Translations under genes and position numbers: made by a program | The notes under the pieces: generated by a model | What the model saw: only the letters and a program-made list of their open reading frames with translations | What the model was told of the DNA's origin: nothing | Database searches by the model: none | Origin: a virus | Lineage: Duplodnaviria > Caudoviricetes | Length of the DNA stretch: 51,578 bases | Direction: 5' to 3' (one strand) | IMG/VR virus record: IMGVR_UViG_3300031519_000029 | Coordinates: 1 to 51,578 of that record | Shown: in pieces, positions 29,286 through 39,835 of the stretch | How positions within the stretch are numbered: position 1 is the first letter of the stretch | Layout of the letters: each line of letters opens with the position of its first letter

Positions 29286-31760
29286 TTACCCCCTACTAGC
29301 TACAGCCTTCCGCTGAATATCAATCCGTTCTCGGTTAACTTTGTTTCTGTTTCCTGCAATATCCTCTTGGCTCTCAATCCGAGCTGCATCCGTAGCGGCA
29401 CGTTGTTCCATCTTCTGAAGCTCAACAAGCATCTGACCTTGGTCCTCTTCAGTCTTACGCTTCAAATCTTTTTCTTTTATTGCAAGCTCTTGCATACGAA
29501 TTTGAACGAGAGGGTCTTCCATTGGACTGTTACCAACAGGCATGAGATCAGGAAGAACATCCATCATGATCTTTTCCATCTGCATGGAAATAAGTTTCTC
29601 CATTTGAGCAGGATCCTGCATGTTTTGTTGAACTTTCATAATCTGTTCTTGAGCCATCTGAGGATCTATTGCCCCGCTTTGGGCCATCAACTGTGCCTGT
29701 CCAATAACTTCTTCGATCTCTTTCGTTACTAGCTGCCGTGCTTTCTGAGATACATGCTCCATTACGTGTGCATAAAACGTACCCATTACCTGTGGGGAAG
29801 TCATAACCAAAGGAGTTTTCATGAAAGCCACATGCAACCGAATGTGTACGTCATGGTCTTGATGTGGAAACGTATTTAAAATCTCACCCATTAATGCACG
29901 AGCGTTCTCAATAGCCGGATCTAAAGGCTTTGGCTCCGGAGGTGGAGGCAGTATCTCGTCAATGTTCTGGACTTCTAAAGCCAAATACATCCTACGATAC
30001 GCCGCATGAAGGTTGTGCATCTGAGGGTTAGACTGAGCTAACTGCAACTGGGTTTGAGCTAGGGTTACTCTCTGTGCCATAGAGAAAATGTTGGGATCGC
30101 TGACCGGAACCACATCTATCCTGTCATCAAAGTCCGAAGCCATAATAGTTCGGTTGCCGCCCTCAACATCGTAGGGATACTCTTGTGGGATATTGTCCCT
30201 AAATATCCTAGCAAGAATCCTAAATTCTTGTTTCTGAGCATAATGCAGACGTTTATGTATCGCAGACATAACTTTCATGCCGCGCTCTAGGAGAGCCACA
30301 GTGGTGCCTACAGGCGCCTGACTGTTGCCATCGCCCGTTTGCTGGTCAGCAAGGGATACAAAGCGTCTGCCCCCCTCTACAAGGGCCACAAGAAGCTGCG
30401 CCAGAGTCGCTGACGGTTCCTTGTATGGTAACGGGATAATCGCGTCCCGTATATTCCCCCCAGGTGCATCTATGTCCCGCCACTCACCCGGCTGTAAGGG
30501 TTCATCTTCGTTACGAAGCCTTACGCCTCTAGCCTTGAAACCCGCTGGGAGGTTCGCAAGAGTTCCTGCGTCAATAAGTTGCCGAAGGATACTCGTTGCT
30601 GCGCGTCCAAGACCGCCAATCATATGTATTAAACCAAAGCCGTAGAAACCCAAACCTGGCATGAATTTGTAATGAACAAAGTACTGCTGTTTTTTAGCAA
30701 TACCAGTGCCTTCTTCAAAGTTTCTTCGAATAGATAAAACGTGTCCAGACCCCTCATCCACTGAAATGATATATGGAAGAGCAATACCGGTTGGTTCTCC
30801 GTCTGGAGACATGTCTTCGAAACCCTCAAGGTCCACGTCAACATGCATCTCTAGGATGGTAAACGTCTCGTCGGTATAGGTTCTAGACGTACCCTGAATC
30901 TCGTCCACCTTTTGACGGACTTCATTTTCTTCGCTTTCAAACCTACTAAGCGCAACGTCCCGATAAAAACCCGCGACTTGTAACTTGCGAATTTGATTAG
31001 CATCCATCCTAAGAACATGCGTAACGCGAGACGCCGTATGTAAATCAGACGCCGCGTAAGAAACCACTAGATCTTGAGCCGGAACAAACTTCGACACCGC
31101 ACGTTGTTTGGACTCGTCAAAGTAAACCTTTTTAAACGTAGACCCAGATAACGGTAAATAAAACAATAACTGATCCATATCTGGATCAAACTCTTCCATG
31201 ACCTCAGTGATCTGGTAGTTCATAAATTCTTTTACACGGCCAGCCTGTTCTTCCCTAGCAGGATCTTGAAGACCTAGCACTTGAGTTTTTACTGGACCTC
31301 CAGACGGAAGTAACTCTTTATAAGCTTGGGCTTGGAATTGAGTAACACTCTCAGCAATGAGAGGATGGGTCACACCACTGGCACCCTCAAAAGGCTGGGT
31401 GCGTTCCTTATAAACCACCCCTAGCTGGTCTAAACCTTTAGTGTATGCCTCTTCCCAATCTGCCCGTGACTCCTGATCTTCTTGATAAGAACCTCGGAGG
31501 TCTGTCGATAGCTCCCCAAGATACGCATCATCTAAGTATTCGGATAAATTAGCCCCATGATCAATTTCTTCCGAGGCCTCTTCTCCCGCCATTACAGCAG
31601 ACAAAGCCTCAATAACAGCACCGCCTTGACCATCCTCCGTTATCTGAGCACCGCCATCGAATGTCTCTGGCTGTGGTACTGACACATCTACAGATGCCTC
31701 AGTCGGTATCATGTCTTCAGGTGTTATGCCCGAATCTACTTGCATAGGTGGCAAGGCCAT
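29286..31760 (-). CDS. Portal protein (P22-like with long C-terminal barrel)
   Basis: 824 aa directly after TerL; LPLSGSTFKKVY, GFYGFGL, IDAGTLAN; Gln-rich coiled C-terminus. Confidence 0.9.
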   Translation of the reverse strand: MALPPMQVDSGITPEDMIPTEASVDVSVPQPETFDGGAQITEDGQGGAVIEALSAVMAGEEASEEIDHGANLSEYLDDAYLGELSTDLRGSYQEDQESRADWEEAYTKGLDQLGVVYKERTQPFEGASGVTHPLIAESVTQFQAQAYKELLPSGGPVKTQVLGLQDPAREEQAGRVKEFMNYQITEVMEEFDPDMDQLLFYLPLSGSTFKKVYFDESKQRAVSKFVPAQDLVVSYAASDLHTASRVTHVLRMDANQIRKLQVAGFYRDVALSRFESEENEVRQKVDEIQGTSRTYTDETFTILEMHVDVDLEGFEDMSPDGEPTGIALPYIISVDEGSGHVLSIRRNFEEGTGIAKKQQYFVHYKFMPGLGFYGFGLIHMIGGLGRAATSILRQLIDAGTLANLPAGFKARGVRLRNEDEPLQPGEWRDIDAPGGNIRDAIIPLPYKEPSATLAQLLVALVEGGRRFVSLADQQTGDGNSQAPVGTTVALLERGMKVMSAIHKRLHYAQKQEFRILARIFRDNIPQEYPYDVEGGNRTIMASDFDDRIDVVPVSDPNIFSMAQRVTLAQTQLQLAQSNPQMHNLHAAYRRMYLALEVQNIDEILPPPPEPKPLDPAIENARALMGEILNTFPHQDHDVHIRLHVAFMKTPLVMTSPQVMGTFYAHVMEHVSQKARQLVTKEIEEVIGQAQLMAQSGAIDPQMAQEQIMKVQQNMQDPAQMEKLISMQMEKIMMDVLPDLMPVGNSPMEDPLVQIRMQELAIKEKDLKRKTEEDQGQMLVELQKMEQRAATDAARIESQEDIAGNRNKVNRERIDIQRKAVASRG

Positions 31761-33223
31761 TAGTAATACTCCCGTTTACGGCGATAAATGTCAGGCTCGT
31801 CGTTTTCTCCCTCTAAAGAGATGAACCCACCTTTTCTAAATCGCATAAGTGCTAGTGTCATACTATCACAAAAATCGTCATAGTCACCATTAGGAAATGA
31901 AACTACTTCTTCTATCACTTCATCTGCAAACTTTTTGTCCGTTGGCGCCCAAACAACACCCGCCTCAAACAACGGAGCAACCATGTGCATCCTAGTAACC
32001 TTATCATTTCCCTTGCCTGGGGAAAAGCCCAGTGCCGGTATGCCGCGGAGCCGCAACTCGTCTATAAGTGGCGTACCCGTTGCTTTGGCCTCTACTAAGA
32101 CCATGTCTGGCTCCCAATAGCCATGCTCATCAAAAGCAACTTGCTTTAATTCAGGGAAATTCCACCTTCCCCGTTGGGCATCCATCAAAATTATGTGATC
32201 AGGACCACCCTCTTCAGGGCAAAAGATACCCCAAGTAGTTATAGCAGAGTAATCCGCCGTTTCTTTCTTGGAAAACGCAGTGTCATACGCCTGCAAAATG
32301 TACTTAACTGGGGGAATCTCGTCCTCTTCCCAATCTTTCCACCATTCTCGCTTGATAATAGCAGAATCAGACGCAGTTGGAGTCTGTTGCCACTGAGCGT
32401 TCCATTTTTGTACAGGCAACGAAGCTTTAATGGACAGTAAAGCATTTTTTTCCCAGAACTCAGGCCATAAAGGCTTGTCAGACGGAAGAATTGCAGGGAA
32501 CTCTACAACTTCCCATTGGTCAGACATGATGTCATTGCCTTGAGCAGCAAGAAGTCGGCCAGTTAAGTCCTTTTTCCCCCAGCGAGTCATAACAATTATG
32601 ATCGCACCGCCCGGTTGAAGGCGCTGACGAGGACCAGAAGTGTACCATTCATAGGCATGATCAAAAGCAGTCTCGCTTAAAGCGTCCTGTTCCGAATGTG
32701 GGTCATCAATAACAAACAAATCCGCGCCACGACCAGTAACCGCAGCACCTACACCCGCTGCAAAGTACTCACCACCCGCACTCGTTTGCCATTTTCCAGC
32801 CCCTTTGTTGTCCTCTTTCAGACTGGTGTCAGGAAAGATGTCTTTATATTGTGGATCGTCTATAAGATCACGTACCTTGCGGCCAAAACGCACCGCCAAC
32901 TCTGTGTTGTGTGTGGCTTGAATAATTTTTAGCTTAGGATTCCTGCCCAAAAACCACGCCGGCATCAGATAACTGGCGAACTCAGACTTAGAATGACGAG
33001 GGGGCATGTTAATAATCAGACGTTTTAACTCGCCTCTGGCAACCTTCTCTAACTTTTCCGCAATAATTCGGTGATGGCGACCTTCAATGAAGTTATCATA
33101 CACATGGTGTGCAAACGGCATGAAGTAATCTTGAGCTTTATCCCGTAAATCCAACCGTTTCTTGGCCTCTGTTAAGGCCAAGATTTCTTTTAAAGCTTCC
33201 TCAGGTAACGATTGTAAGTTCAT
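31760..33223 (-). CDS. terL: Terminase large subunit
   Basis: Walker A MPPRHSKS, Walker B VIDDP, VMTRW, nuclease YDTAF...ADYSA and DDFCDS. Confidence 0.95.
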   Translation of the reverse strand: MNLQSLPEEALKEILALTEAKKRLDLRDKAQDYFMPFAHHVYDNFIEGRHHRIIAEKLEKVARGELKRLIINMPPRHSKSEFASYLMPAWFLGRNPKLKIIQATHNTELAVRFGRKVRDLIDDPQYKDIFPDTSLKEDNKGAGKWQTSAGGEYFAAGVGAAVTGRGADLFVIDDPHSEQDALSETAFDHAYEWYTSGPRQRLQPGGAIIIVMTRWGKKDLTGRLLAAQGNDIMSDQWEVVEFPAILPSDKPLWPEFWEKNALLSIKASLPVQKWNAQWQQTPTASDSAIIKREWWKDWEEDEIPPVKYILQAYDTAFSKKETADYSAITTWGIFCPEEGGPDHIILMDAQRGRWNFPELKQVAFDEHGYWEPDMVLVEAKATGTPLIDELRLRGIPALGFSPGKGNDKVTRMHMVAPLFEAGVVWAPTDKKFADEVIEEVVSFPNGDYDDFCDSMTLALMRFRKGGFISLEGENDEPDIYRRKREYY

Positions 33224-36200
33224 AGCATCCCTAGAAGAGATTTAGCATCAACTTCAACCAAAGTTTCTTTTTCGTTGGGTGACAAGATCTCTTGGACAAC
33301 CTCGTACTCCTTCCGTGTCTGCCCAGAACCACGTTGTTTGCCTGAGTTTATACCAGTATACGCTTGAGTACTCGCGCCGGCTCTCTGCCTATTCTGCGTG
33401 AATGTCTTCTGGCACATCAGACGTCCGTCTGGACCCCTGACCTGAACGTATCCATCAGGACACTCCTCCATCGCAGGAGCAACCCCAGCCTTAGGAACTT
33501 TCCGGCGAGGATCATCGTCTCCTCCTAACTCAAACACAAAGGGGGAATTAGGAACCTCAACCTCAACTCCCTCTTCTTCCTCTTCATCCCTATCAACATC
33601 AACCTCAATCAGAGGCCTTGCAGTGGTGTTGGTCGTAGGCACAGTACTGGGGTCGGTATTTTGAGGTGGGGGAGAAATTGCTGGTGTGCTCGGATCTGTC
33701 TCGGCATCAAGGTCAATAGTTACGCTACCATCCGGATTCGTTCCATTCACATCTGTGGAAATCTCTGGGTTGAGAATTTCCCCGTCGAAAGTTCCGTCAA
33801 CATCTATAGTGACCCCCTCGGCCTTTTCTTCCTCCGCATTATTGTATGGCCCCAACTCATACAAAATGTCCCCCTCAAGAATTTCACTAGATGGGTTGGT
33901 TTTAATTCCGGCCTGCGGAACCGTTGTAGGTACTATTGCAGGAACCTGTGCAACTTCGATCACCGTGTTGCCTTCCTCATCCACCTCCGCCTCTGGAACT
34001 GCAGACCCCTCCGCATCAATGATTGTCACCGCCTCGTCGAAACTTATCTCCGGGTCCACTACTGGGTTCTGAGCATCCGAAGGAGGAAGAGCCGCGCCAT
34101 CCCGAATAATATTAGGAGATCCCTCCGCATTAATGAGTGTCACCGCCTCTTCAAAACTCATTTCAGGGTTCTCTACTGGGGTTTCAACATCCGAAGCAGG
34201 GAGAGCCTCGCCATCCCGAATAATAGTAAGGGGTGAATCCACTACAAGACTGCCTGCATCCCCGAACTGGTTGTTGGCAATCGCTTGCTCAAAATCGACT
34301 TGCCCAAAATTAGGATCCCCAGGTCCATTAGGTCCAAATTGTCCCTCACCATCTTTAATAGCTGCGTTTACGGCATCCAAGCTAGCCTTAGTTTGTATGT
34401 AGTCTTGATACGTTTTATTAGCGTCTAGCATCTCAGCACGTTGCGCTAAGACGTCAGCCTTGGCGTTAGCCACAGTATTATCGTTATCCACATCATCTAG
34501 GGCATCTTGCGCTATATTTAACGGAGCCATCGCCGCGGCCTCCGCTTCACCCTTTAAACGATTGGCAATCGTCCTGCGCCGATCAGCCTGCGCTGCCGGA
34601 CTATCCACTAACGGTACACCCTGTGTGTCAAAGTTCTGAAGAGACGCGGCATAATCAGGATCAACCGGCAAGGAAAGATCCGCAGCTTCCATGCCAGCAA
34701 CAGCTTCTGCCTCTGCCTGCGTCTTAGCGCGGTTGTTCTCAGCGCGTTCCCGATTCGCCTGCTGTCTAGCCAATTGTGCCTCCGGAGTGTCTCTGGTCAG
34801 GCTAGGAACCGTAGAACCAAAGTCTCGGCCGATGCCCTCGTCTATCAACAATCTACTCCGATCTTCAGGGATAGGTATTCCACCGTCATCCCCCAAAGCA
34901 GCAATGTTCTGGTCCTCATCCAGTAGGGCTTGCAGCATCTGTCGGTTGTTTAATTCGTTGTAGTTATTGTAATCAGGCCCCAACTGGCTCTCTTTTTGAA
35001 GCTCTTTAGTTAAGGCGCTCTTTACACGGTTGTCCAGCGCACCCGCAGAGGAGTCCACACTGCTCTGGGGATCCGTAGAATTGAGCCTTGCTCCATCAGC
35101 GGATGCCTCGTTGTAGGCCTGCTCCATCATGGACCCTATATCATCTATACCAAGACCAGTAGCTCCCATTATATTGTCTAAAGTCTGAGGAGAAACCTGT
35201 TCACCCGTGAAACTCGCTTCACGAGCAAGATCGTTTAGAATCTCCTGTGCCGCCATTGCATCTATAGACGTGGCCGGAGCAGGAGTCGGGGGATTGAAAG
35301 ATGATTCCACGGTACTCTTTGCAAGTTCCCCTGAATTTGGGAATACCGTTGGATCATACGCTATTTGATCCGGAGCAACAGTCTCGATTCCTGTAGGCGT
35401 AGCCACCTGCACTGGAGCCTGGCCCGAAGTAGGAACCGCAGGAGCCAAGGTGCTTGGAGGCGTTACGGTAGCCGGAGATGTGGAAGGTGCAGGAGCAAGG
35501 CTCAATTCTCCCGCGCTGACAAGTGAGGCGGCAGGAGCCGGAGATGTGGAAGGTGCCGGGAGATTGCCCATTGCAGCGTCACTCGCGTCAACAGCTTCAG
35601 TCATCTCCTTATTCTGGCGGCTTGATACAGCATTAGAAAATATATCCACACCTGTAACAGCAGCCCCCCCTGCGGCTCCCGCAAGGGCTTCAGTTGCCGC
35701 TGCTCCTACAATATTGGTCATGGGATCAAAGTTTGTGTTTAACGCACGATTAATAGCATCGTAGGCGGCATAATTCTCCGCGCCACCTTGCGCGCCCTCA
35801 CGGGCAGCCGTGCTAACGAGTCCCTTGGGACCAAACATATCTACCGCGCCGAAAGTCCCAACCTTACCGTAGTTTTGGTTGTAGGCTAGATCAGCTACCG
35901 CGTTCAAAGCTGCCGGAACATCTCCGTTCTGCGCTTTCAAAGCTTCACGAAACGTAGCGTTACCGTCCAACGCACCCTTTTTGTACTGTTCCGCCAAGGT
36001 TGTAGCTATCTGAGTATTTAACCCCTGAGTGGCCTCGGCGGCGTTAAATCCCGCCCCCACTAGTCTGCCGGGGGCATTAAGACTCATCCCCAGGTCAATT
36101 AAGGACCCCGCTATACCTTCTTCCGCCATCATGTTCATCACCTTGTCAGAGGTTCCAGTGGCATTAATGTTTGAAACTTGATCGACTAGTGGGCCTTTAC

Positions 36201-38100
36201 CACTGTCAATGACCGCTGTGTCCCCTGCGTTAAAAAACTCGCCAAGAGCACTAGCACCATCTCTTAAAACGCCTGAAGCCTTCTCTATCGCTGTGTCCAA
36301 TGGAGACATGTAACTCTGGTCTTGGCCTAAGATATTGGCCTTATTGTAATCAGAATTTGGATCTCGGAAGAGCTTCTGAATTTCATCAGCAATCACCAAC
36401 TCTGTTGGAATGAAAGGGTTGGTGCTGCTGTCCTGAAGGACACCCATGGGACGCGTGGCTTTATTATATGTAGAGACTCCTTCAATCGCATCCGCTACCT
36501 CGTTAAAAACCCCTTTCGGTACGTTACGAAGTGCGTTAACCATATCCGACCCAACGCCAGCCACGCTTTCCAAAGTAGTGGGAACCTTTGCATCCGCATC
36601 GGCCATAGTTTCCTGAACATTAACCCTAGGTTCCGAAGTGCGACCATAAAACTCGTCGCTAATCCCTTCCCTAAGCGGCCTTAAACTCGGAGCAAGATCC
36701 TGAAGAGACGTGACAAAATCCTGTCCAGCCTCGTAACCAAGGCGAGGATTGGTAAACATATCCACTAAAGAAGACGCCGGCGTTAAAGTACTGCCGCCCC
36801 CGCCACCAGGGAATCCCGGACCAGCCTGTGCAACATCATAACTACCAGACGGATCATAATTAAAGTATTCGTTGTAGTTATTGCTGTTTTCAAACTGATT
36901 AGCCTGTAAACGCTCTCCAGCCGATAAGGCCGAAGGAACCGTGTCCCTTAAATCAACAAGAGCCTGCAATGGATTACCCGCCGAAGGAAGAGCACCCGGA
37001 CCACCACGACCACGCTCTCCAAACCCCATCGAACCATAGTCCGGTGTGTAATCAATCTTCGCAGCCTCCGCGTCACCCAAAGCAAAAACCTCCTCAGGCC
37101 TGATCTGAGGTCGAACAGAGTCTAAAGGACGAGGCTCCGGTGCTAGCTGAGTGTTGAAAGAAGAACCATTGTAATCAAATACGTCCTTGCCACTCTTACG
37201 CGCATCTGCAAATGCATCCCCAAAAGACCCCGGAGAAGATGAAGACTCCAAAACACCCAACGAAGGCTTGTAATTAGTATTACCAACCTGTTCAGCGTAA
37301 GAACCAGAACGCTTCCGCTCACCCTCCGGCTTGAACATGTCAAAGAAACTACCGTCAGTAGCCGAAGACTTGGCACCAGCAAACGAACTACCCTCGTTTA
37401 AAGAAATCCCCGCAATCGTCTCCTTCAAAGTACTGTCAGCACTACCCGCCTGAACAACAGCACTGCCTAAACCGTTGCCCTTACCCGCTCCCGTGTACAC
37501 ACGACTTAAAGCATTGGTGTTTTCATTCTGAGTCCACTCAAACCCATCACCAGCGTACTGGCCGTTGGCACTAACCTGACCAAGAACGTCAACGTCAACC
37601 TTCTTGCCGTTCCGAGTAACTTGAGCCTTCTTCGTGGTCTTGCTCGAAGAACCGCCACTAGATGTACGACCACCGCTAGATGTACTACCGCCACCGCCAC
37701 TAGATGTACTCCCGCCACTAGTGGTGCCGCGGTTACTGACAGTGGAGTTACCACCACCACTACTAGTGGCACCGGTGTAAGTATTACTGCGGCCGGCAGT
37801 AAGTAAAGCGTTCAGCTCAGCTCCATACGTGTCCCAAGGATCACTGCTGGAGGCGTAAAGCTCATTAATCCGGTCCTGATTGGTGGGAGCAGTATTCTTA
37901 CTGCCGCCACCACTAGAACTGCTTGTGTTACTCTTATTGCTAGAACTGCCGCCACCACTAGAACTGCCACCACTAGAACTGCCACCACTAGAACTAGAAC
38001 TAGAACTGCCGTTATAAGTCTTGGTTTCCGCCGCGCCGAAAGACGTAATCTCGTCCCAAGTGTCCTTTACAACATCCATCCAATTGCTGTCATCGGCCAT
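33220..38100 (-). CDS. Giant acidic low-complexity protein of unknown function
   Basis: About 1626 aa ORF; start MADDSNW after gagga SD; Ser/Gly N-terminus, Pro/Ala linker, acidic C-terminus; overlaps TerL start. Confidence 0.75.
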   Translation of the reverse strand: MADDSNWMDVVKDTWDEITSFGAAETKTYNGSSSSSSSGGSSSGGSSSGGGSSSNKSNTSSSSGGGSKNTAPTNQDRINELYASSSDPWDTYGAELNALLTAGRSNTYTGATSSGGGNSTVSNRGTTSGGSTSSGGGGSTSSGGRTSSGGSSSKTTKKAQVTRNGKKVDVDVLGQVSANGQYAGDGFEWTQNENTNALSRVYTGAGKGNGLGSAVVQAGSADSTLKETIAGISLNEGSSFAGAKSSATDGSFFDMFKPEGERKRSGSYAEQVGNTNYKPSLGVLESSSSPGSFGDAFADARKSGKDVFDYNGSSFNTQLAPEPRPLDSVRPQIRPEEVFALGDAEAAKIDYTPDYGSMGFGERGRGGPGALPSAGNPLQALVDLRDTVPSALSAGERLQANQFENSNNYNEYFNYDPSGSYDVAQAGPGFPGGGGGSTLTPASSLVDMFTNPRLGYEAGQDFVTSLQDLAPSLRPLREGISDEFYGRTSEPRVNVQETMADADAKVPTTLESVAGVGSDMVNALRNVPKGVFNEVADAIEGVSTYNKATRPMGVLQDSSTNPFIPTELVIADEIQKLFRDPNSDYNKANILGQDQSYMSPLDTAIEKASGVLRDGASALGEFFNAGDTAVIDSGKGPLVDQVSNINATGTSDKVMNMMAEEGIAGSLIDLGMSLNAPGRLVGAGFNAAEATQGLNTQIATTLAEQYKKGALDGNATFREALKAQNGDVPAALNAVADLAYNQNYGKVGTFGAVDMFGPKGLVSTAAREGAQGGAENYAAYDAINRALNTNFDPMTNIVGAAATEALAGAAGGAAVTGVDIFSNAVSSRQNKEMTEAVDASDAAMGNLPAPSTSPAPAASLVSAGELSLAPAPSTSPATVTPPSTLAPAVPTSGQAPVQVATPTGIETVAPDQIAYDPTVFPNSGELAKSTVESSFNPPTPAPATSIDAMAAQEILNDLAREASFTGEQVSPQTLDNIMGATGLGIDDIGSMMEQAYNEASADGARLNSTDPQSSVDSSAGALDNRVKSALTKELQKESQLGPDYNNYNELNNRQMLQALLDEDQNIAALGDDGGIPIPEDRSRLLIDEGIGRDFGSTVPSLTRDTPEAQLARQQANRERAENNRAKTQAEAEAVAGMEAADLSLPVDPDYAASLQNFDTQGVPLVDSPAAQADRRRTIANRLKGEAEAAAMAPLNIAQDALDDVDNDNTVANAKADVLAQRAEMLDANKTYQDYIQTKASLDAVNAAIKDGEGQFGPNGPGDPNFGQVDFEQAIANNQFGDAGSLVVDSPLTIIRDGEALPASDVETPVENPEMSFEEAVTLINAEGSPNIIRDGAALPPSDAQNPVVDPEISFDEAVTIIDAEGSAVPEAEVDEEGNTVIEVAQVPAIVPTTVPQAGIKTNPSSEILEGDILYELGPYNNAEEEKAEGVTIDVDGTFDGEILNPEISTDVNGTNPDGSVTIDLDAETDPSTPAISPPPQNTDPSTVPTTNTTARPLIEVDVDRDEEEEEGVEVEVPNSPFVFELGGDDDPRRKVPKAGVAPAMEECPDGYVQVRGPDGRLMCQKTFTQNRQRAGASTQAYTGINSGKQRGSGQTRKEYEVVQEILSPNEKETLVEVDAKSLLGML
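34004..34225 (-). repeat. 114-bp (38-aa) coding duplication
   Basis: IIRDGEALPASD...SFEEAVTLINAEGS versus IIRDGAALPPSD...SFDEAVTIIDAEGS. Confidence 0.85.
37660..38010 (-). repeat. Ser/Gly-coding short tandem repeats
   Basis: ccaccactagaactg and ccactagatgtac units. Confidence 0.85.
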
Positions 38101-38104
38101 GCTT

Positions 38105-38854
38105 CTATCTTCCTCTTTGTAATGTATCAATGCCGCCAGGAGTTGAGTAAGTAGCTATAGACCCTAAACCAGGGACAGGCAAACTGCTCAAAGGACTCAT
38201 GTCACCCTTGCGACCAAACCTACCACTAGGTGGCGGAGTGCCCCTAGCCTGAGTGAAACTCTTAGTGCCAAGCAAATCACGTATACCGTCATTAATAGTA
38301 TTGAAATCCGATGCAGGCTGAGCAGACTGCGTAAGTAACGGATTAGGAGACGGAGACTCCCCAGCCAAACTTTCGTCCGGTGCAGGAGATAACTCCTCTA
38401 TCCCCGTAGCCTGCTTCTGACCAGATGCACTGTCGTAACTGCGAAAACCCAATAACCGATGCTTCGAATAAGACTTGCGACTTACACTGTCACCCTGATT
38501 CCCACCCAAAACCATGATGTTGCCGTCTTCATCATACCCGTCAAAAAATCCAACATGACCCTTGTTACCCAAAGGACCAAGAGCACCGCGCCAAAAAACA
38601 GCCAAATCACCCTGCTCTGGTGAGTCAACAGGATCTCCAAACTCTAAAAAATCACGCGCTCGGCCACTAGATGGAGCACCCGAAACACCAGACTGAGTCA
38701 ATGTCGCATTAACAAAATCCGCGCACCACGCACGTTCAGCAGGGTCAATGTTTACACCGCCCGTGGATAAATAATCCATCAACGCGGCCTTCTGATCAGT
38801 CTCGTTTAAACCAATCTGCTCTCCCGCTAACTTATATGCTGTATCTACGGACAT
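38105..38854 (-). CDS. CHAP/NlpC-P60 peptidoglycan hydrolase (TIGR02594-like) with low-complexity tail
   Basis: AWCADFVN, GHVGFF, VLGGNQGDSV. Confidence 0.85.
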   Translation of the reverse strand: MSVDTAYKLAGEQIGLNETDQKAALMDYLSTGGVNIDPAERAWCADFVNATLTQSGVSGAPSSGRARDFLEFGDPVDSPEQGDLAVFWRGALGPLGNKGHVGFFDGYDEDGNIMVLGGNQGDSVSRKSYSKHRLLGFRSYDSASGQKQATGIEELSPAPDESLAGESPSPNPLLTQSAQPASDFNTINDGIRDLLGTKSFTQARGTPPPSGRFGRKGDMSPLSSLPVPGLGSIATYSTPGGIDTLQRGR

Positions 38855-39076
38855 CGCGCCTCGCTACCTGTTGACGGTACAATATAGTAAACCCAAATGA
38901 AAATATACCCGCAATTTTTAGGGGGGCCAATAGGGCCTAATGAATTTATACACGAATGAATTTACCAGACCAATACACCAGCGCGTTGGGGAGCAATCCC
39001 TGGGCCAAATATGGGGGGTGCCCCTCGCTGTTCTGGCGGATTATGAGCCGGATAGCGTCAAGTTACCCCTAAGCAC

Positions 39077-39158
39077 GGCCGGCGCCGGCCTGCAGATCCT
39101 GCAGATAGACACGGCCGGCCGGCCGGTGGATCCTGCAGATCCTGCAGATCCTGCAGAT
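39077..39158 (+). repeat. GGCC/CCGG run plus five CCTGCAGAT units
   Basis: ggccggcgccggcctgcagatcctgcagat...ggccggccggccggtggatcctgcagatcctgcagatcctgcagat. Confidence 0.9.
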
Positions 39159-39195
39159 TAATTTAAATTAGACCGGAATGATTGCCGTTTTAGTA

Positions 39196-39226
39196 TTGAC
39201 TGCATGTTGGATGCCTGATCTATAAT
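39196..39226 (+). promoter_or_regulatory. Putative sigma70 early promoter
   Basis: TTGACT-N19-TATAAT upstream of 39270; the spacer is long. Confidence 0.55.
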
Positions 39227-39269
39227 TAATTATAGCGAATCAACGCTATCTTAACCAAGGATCTCGAAA

Positions 39270-39500
39270 ATGAATAAGCTTGAAACACTCGGCAAGATCT
39301 CGACACTCGAAAGCAAGATCAAGGAATTAACGAAAGAGCGCGATGCACTCCGAGTTGATGCTGTATCGAACGGTTGGGCAGTCTGGACCGTGTCTATTCG
39401 TCAAGGCGCACCATCATTGAAATGGTGGAAAGAGAACCGGCCAACAGTTTGGCAGAAATATGCCACGTCTGTCACAGTCAAGAAATTCGCAGCGACCTAA
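39270..39500 (+). CDS. Small early hypothetical protein
   Basis: 76 aa, aagga SD, N-terminal coiled coil. Confidence 0.7.
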   Translation: MNKLETLGKISTLESKIKELTKERDALRVDAVSNGWAVWTVSIRQGAPSLKWWKENRPTVWQKYATSVTVKKFAAT

Positions 39501-39506
39501 ACATAT

Positions 39507-39536
39507 AGAGCGGCCGGATCCACCGGCCGCTCTTTT
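39507..39536 (+). terminator. Conserved hairpin H1 (terminator-like)
   Basis: agagcggccgg-atcca-ccggccgctct-ttt. Confidence 0.7.
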
Positions 39537-39559
39537 AACCATTTATGAGGATAAGACAG

Positions 39560-39766
39560 ATGAGAATTAAATTAGAGTACATTGAAGTGATGATGCTGAT
39601 TGAGGGGCTTAGCGCCTTGCACATTCGCAGCAAGATCCATGACGATGTTAAACGCAAGTTGACACGCCGGTTGATCCGGATGCAACAAGATTACACCGGC
39701 GGATATGCAGACAACAAGGTTAACGCTAAGATCTCAAAAGCGATTGACGGTTTAGACGCCGCGTAA
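39560..39766 (+). CDS. Small early hypothetical protein
   Basis: Start MRIKLEY after gagga SD. Confidence 0.65.
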   Translation: MRIKLEYIEVMMLIEGLSALHIRSKIHDDVKRKLTRRLIRMQQDYTGGYADNKVNAKISKAIDGLDAA

Positions 39767-39771
39767 GAATA

Positions 39772-39798
39772 GAGCCGGCCGGATCCACCGGCCGGCTC
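39772..39798. repeat. Conserved hairpin H2
   Basis: gagccggccgg-atcca-ccggccggctc; no T tract. Confidence 0.8.
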
Positions 39799-39835
39799 CA
39801 GGTCAACAACTAATCAACAACTAGGAAACATTGTT

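Noticed and set aside
130-37806. Numerous plus-strand ORFs in the late module
   Set aside because: Antisense shadows of long minus-strand genes, with no motifs.
33220-38100. Tape measure protein or virion RNA polymerase
   Set aside because: No regular helical repeats or polymerase motifs; no tail tube or sheath genes recognised.
39077-39160. Synthetic polylinker or vector contamination
   Set aside because: The same motifs recur in native hairpins and inside genes over 2.5 kb, and the site types are repetitive rather than unique.
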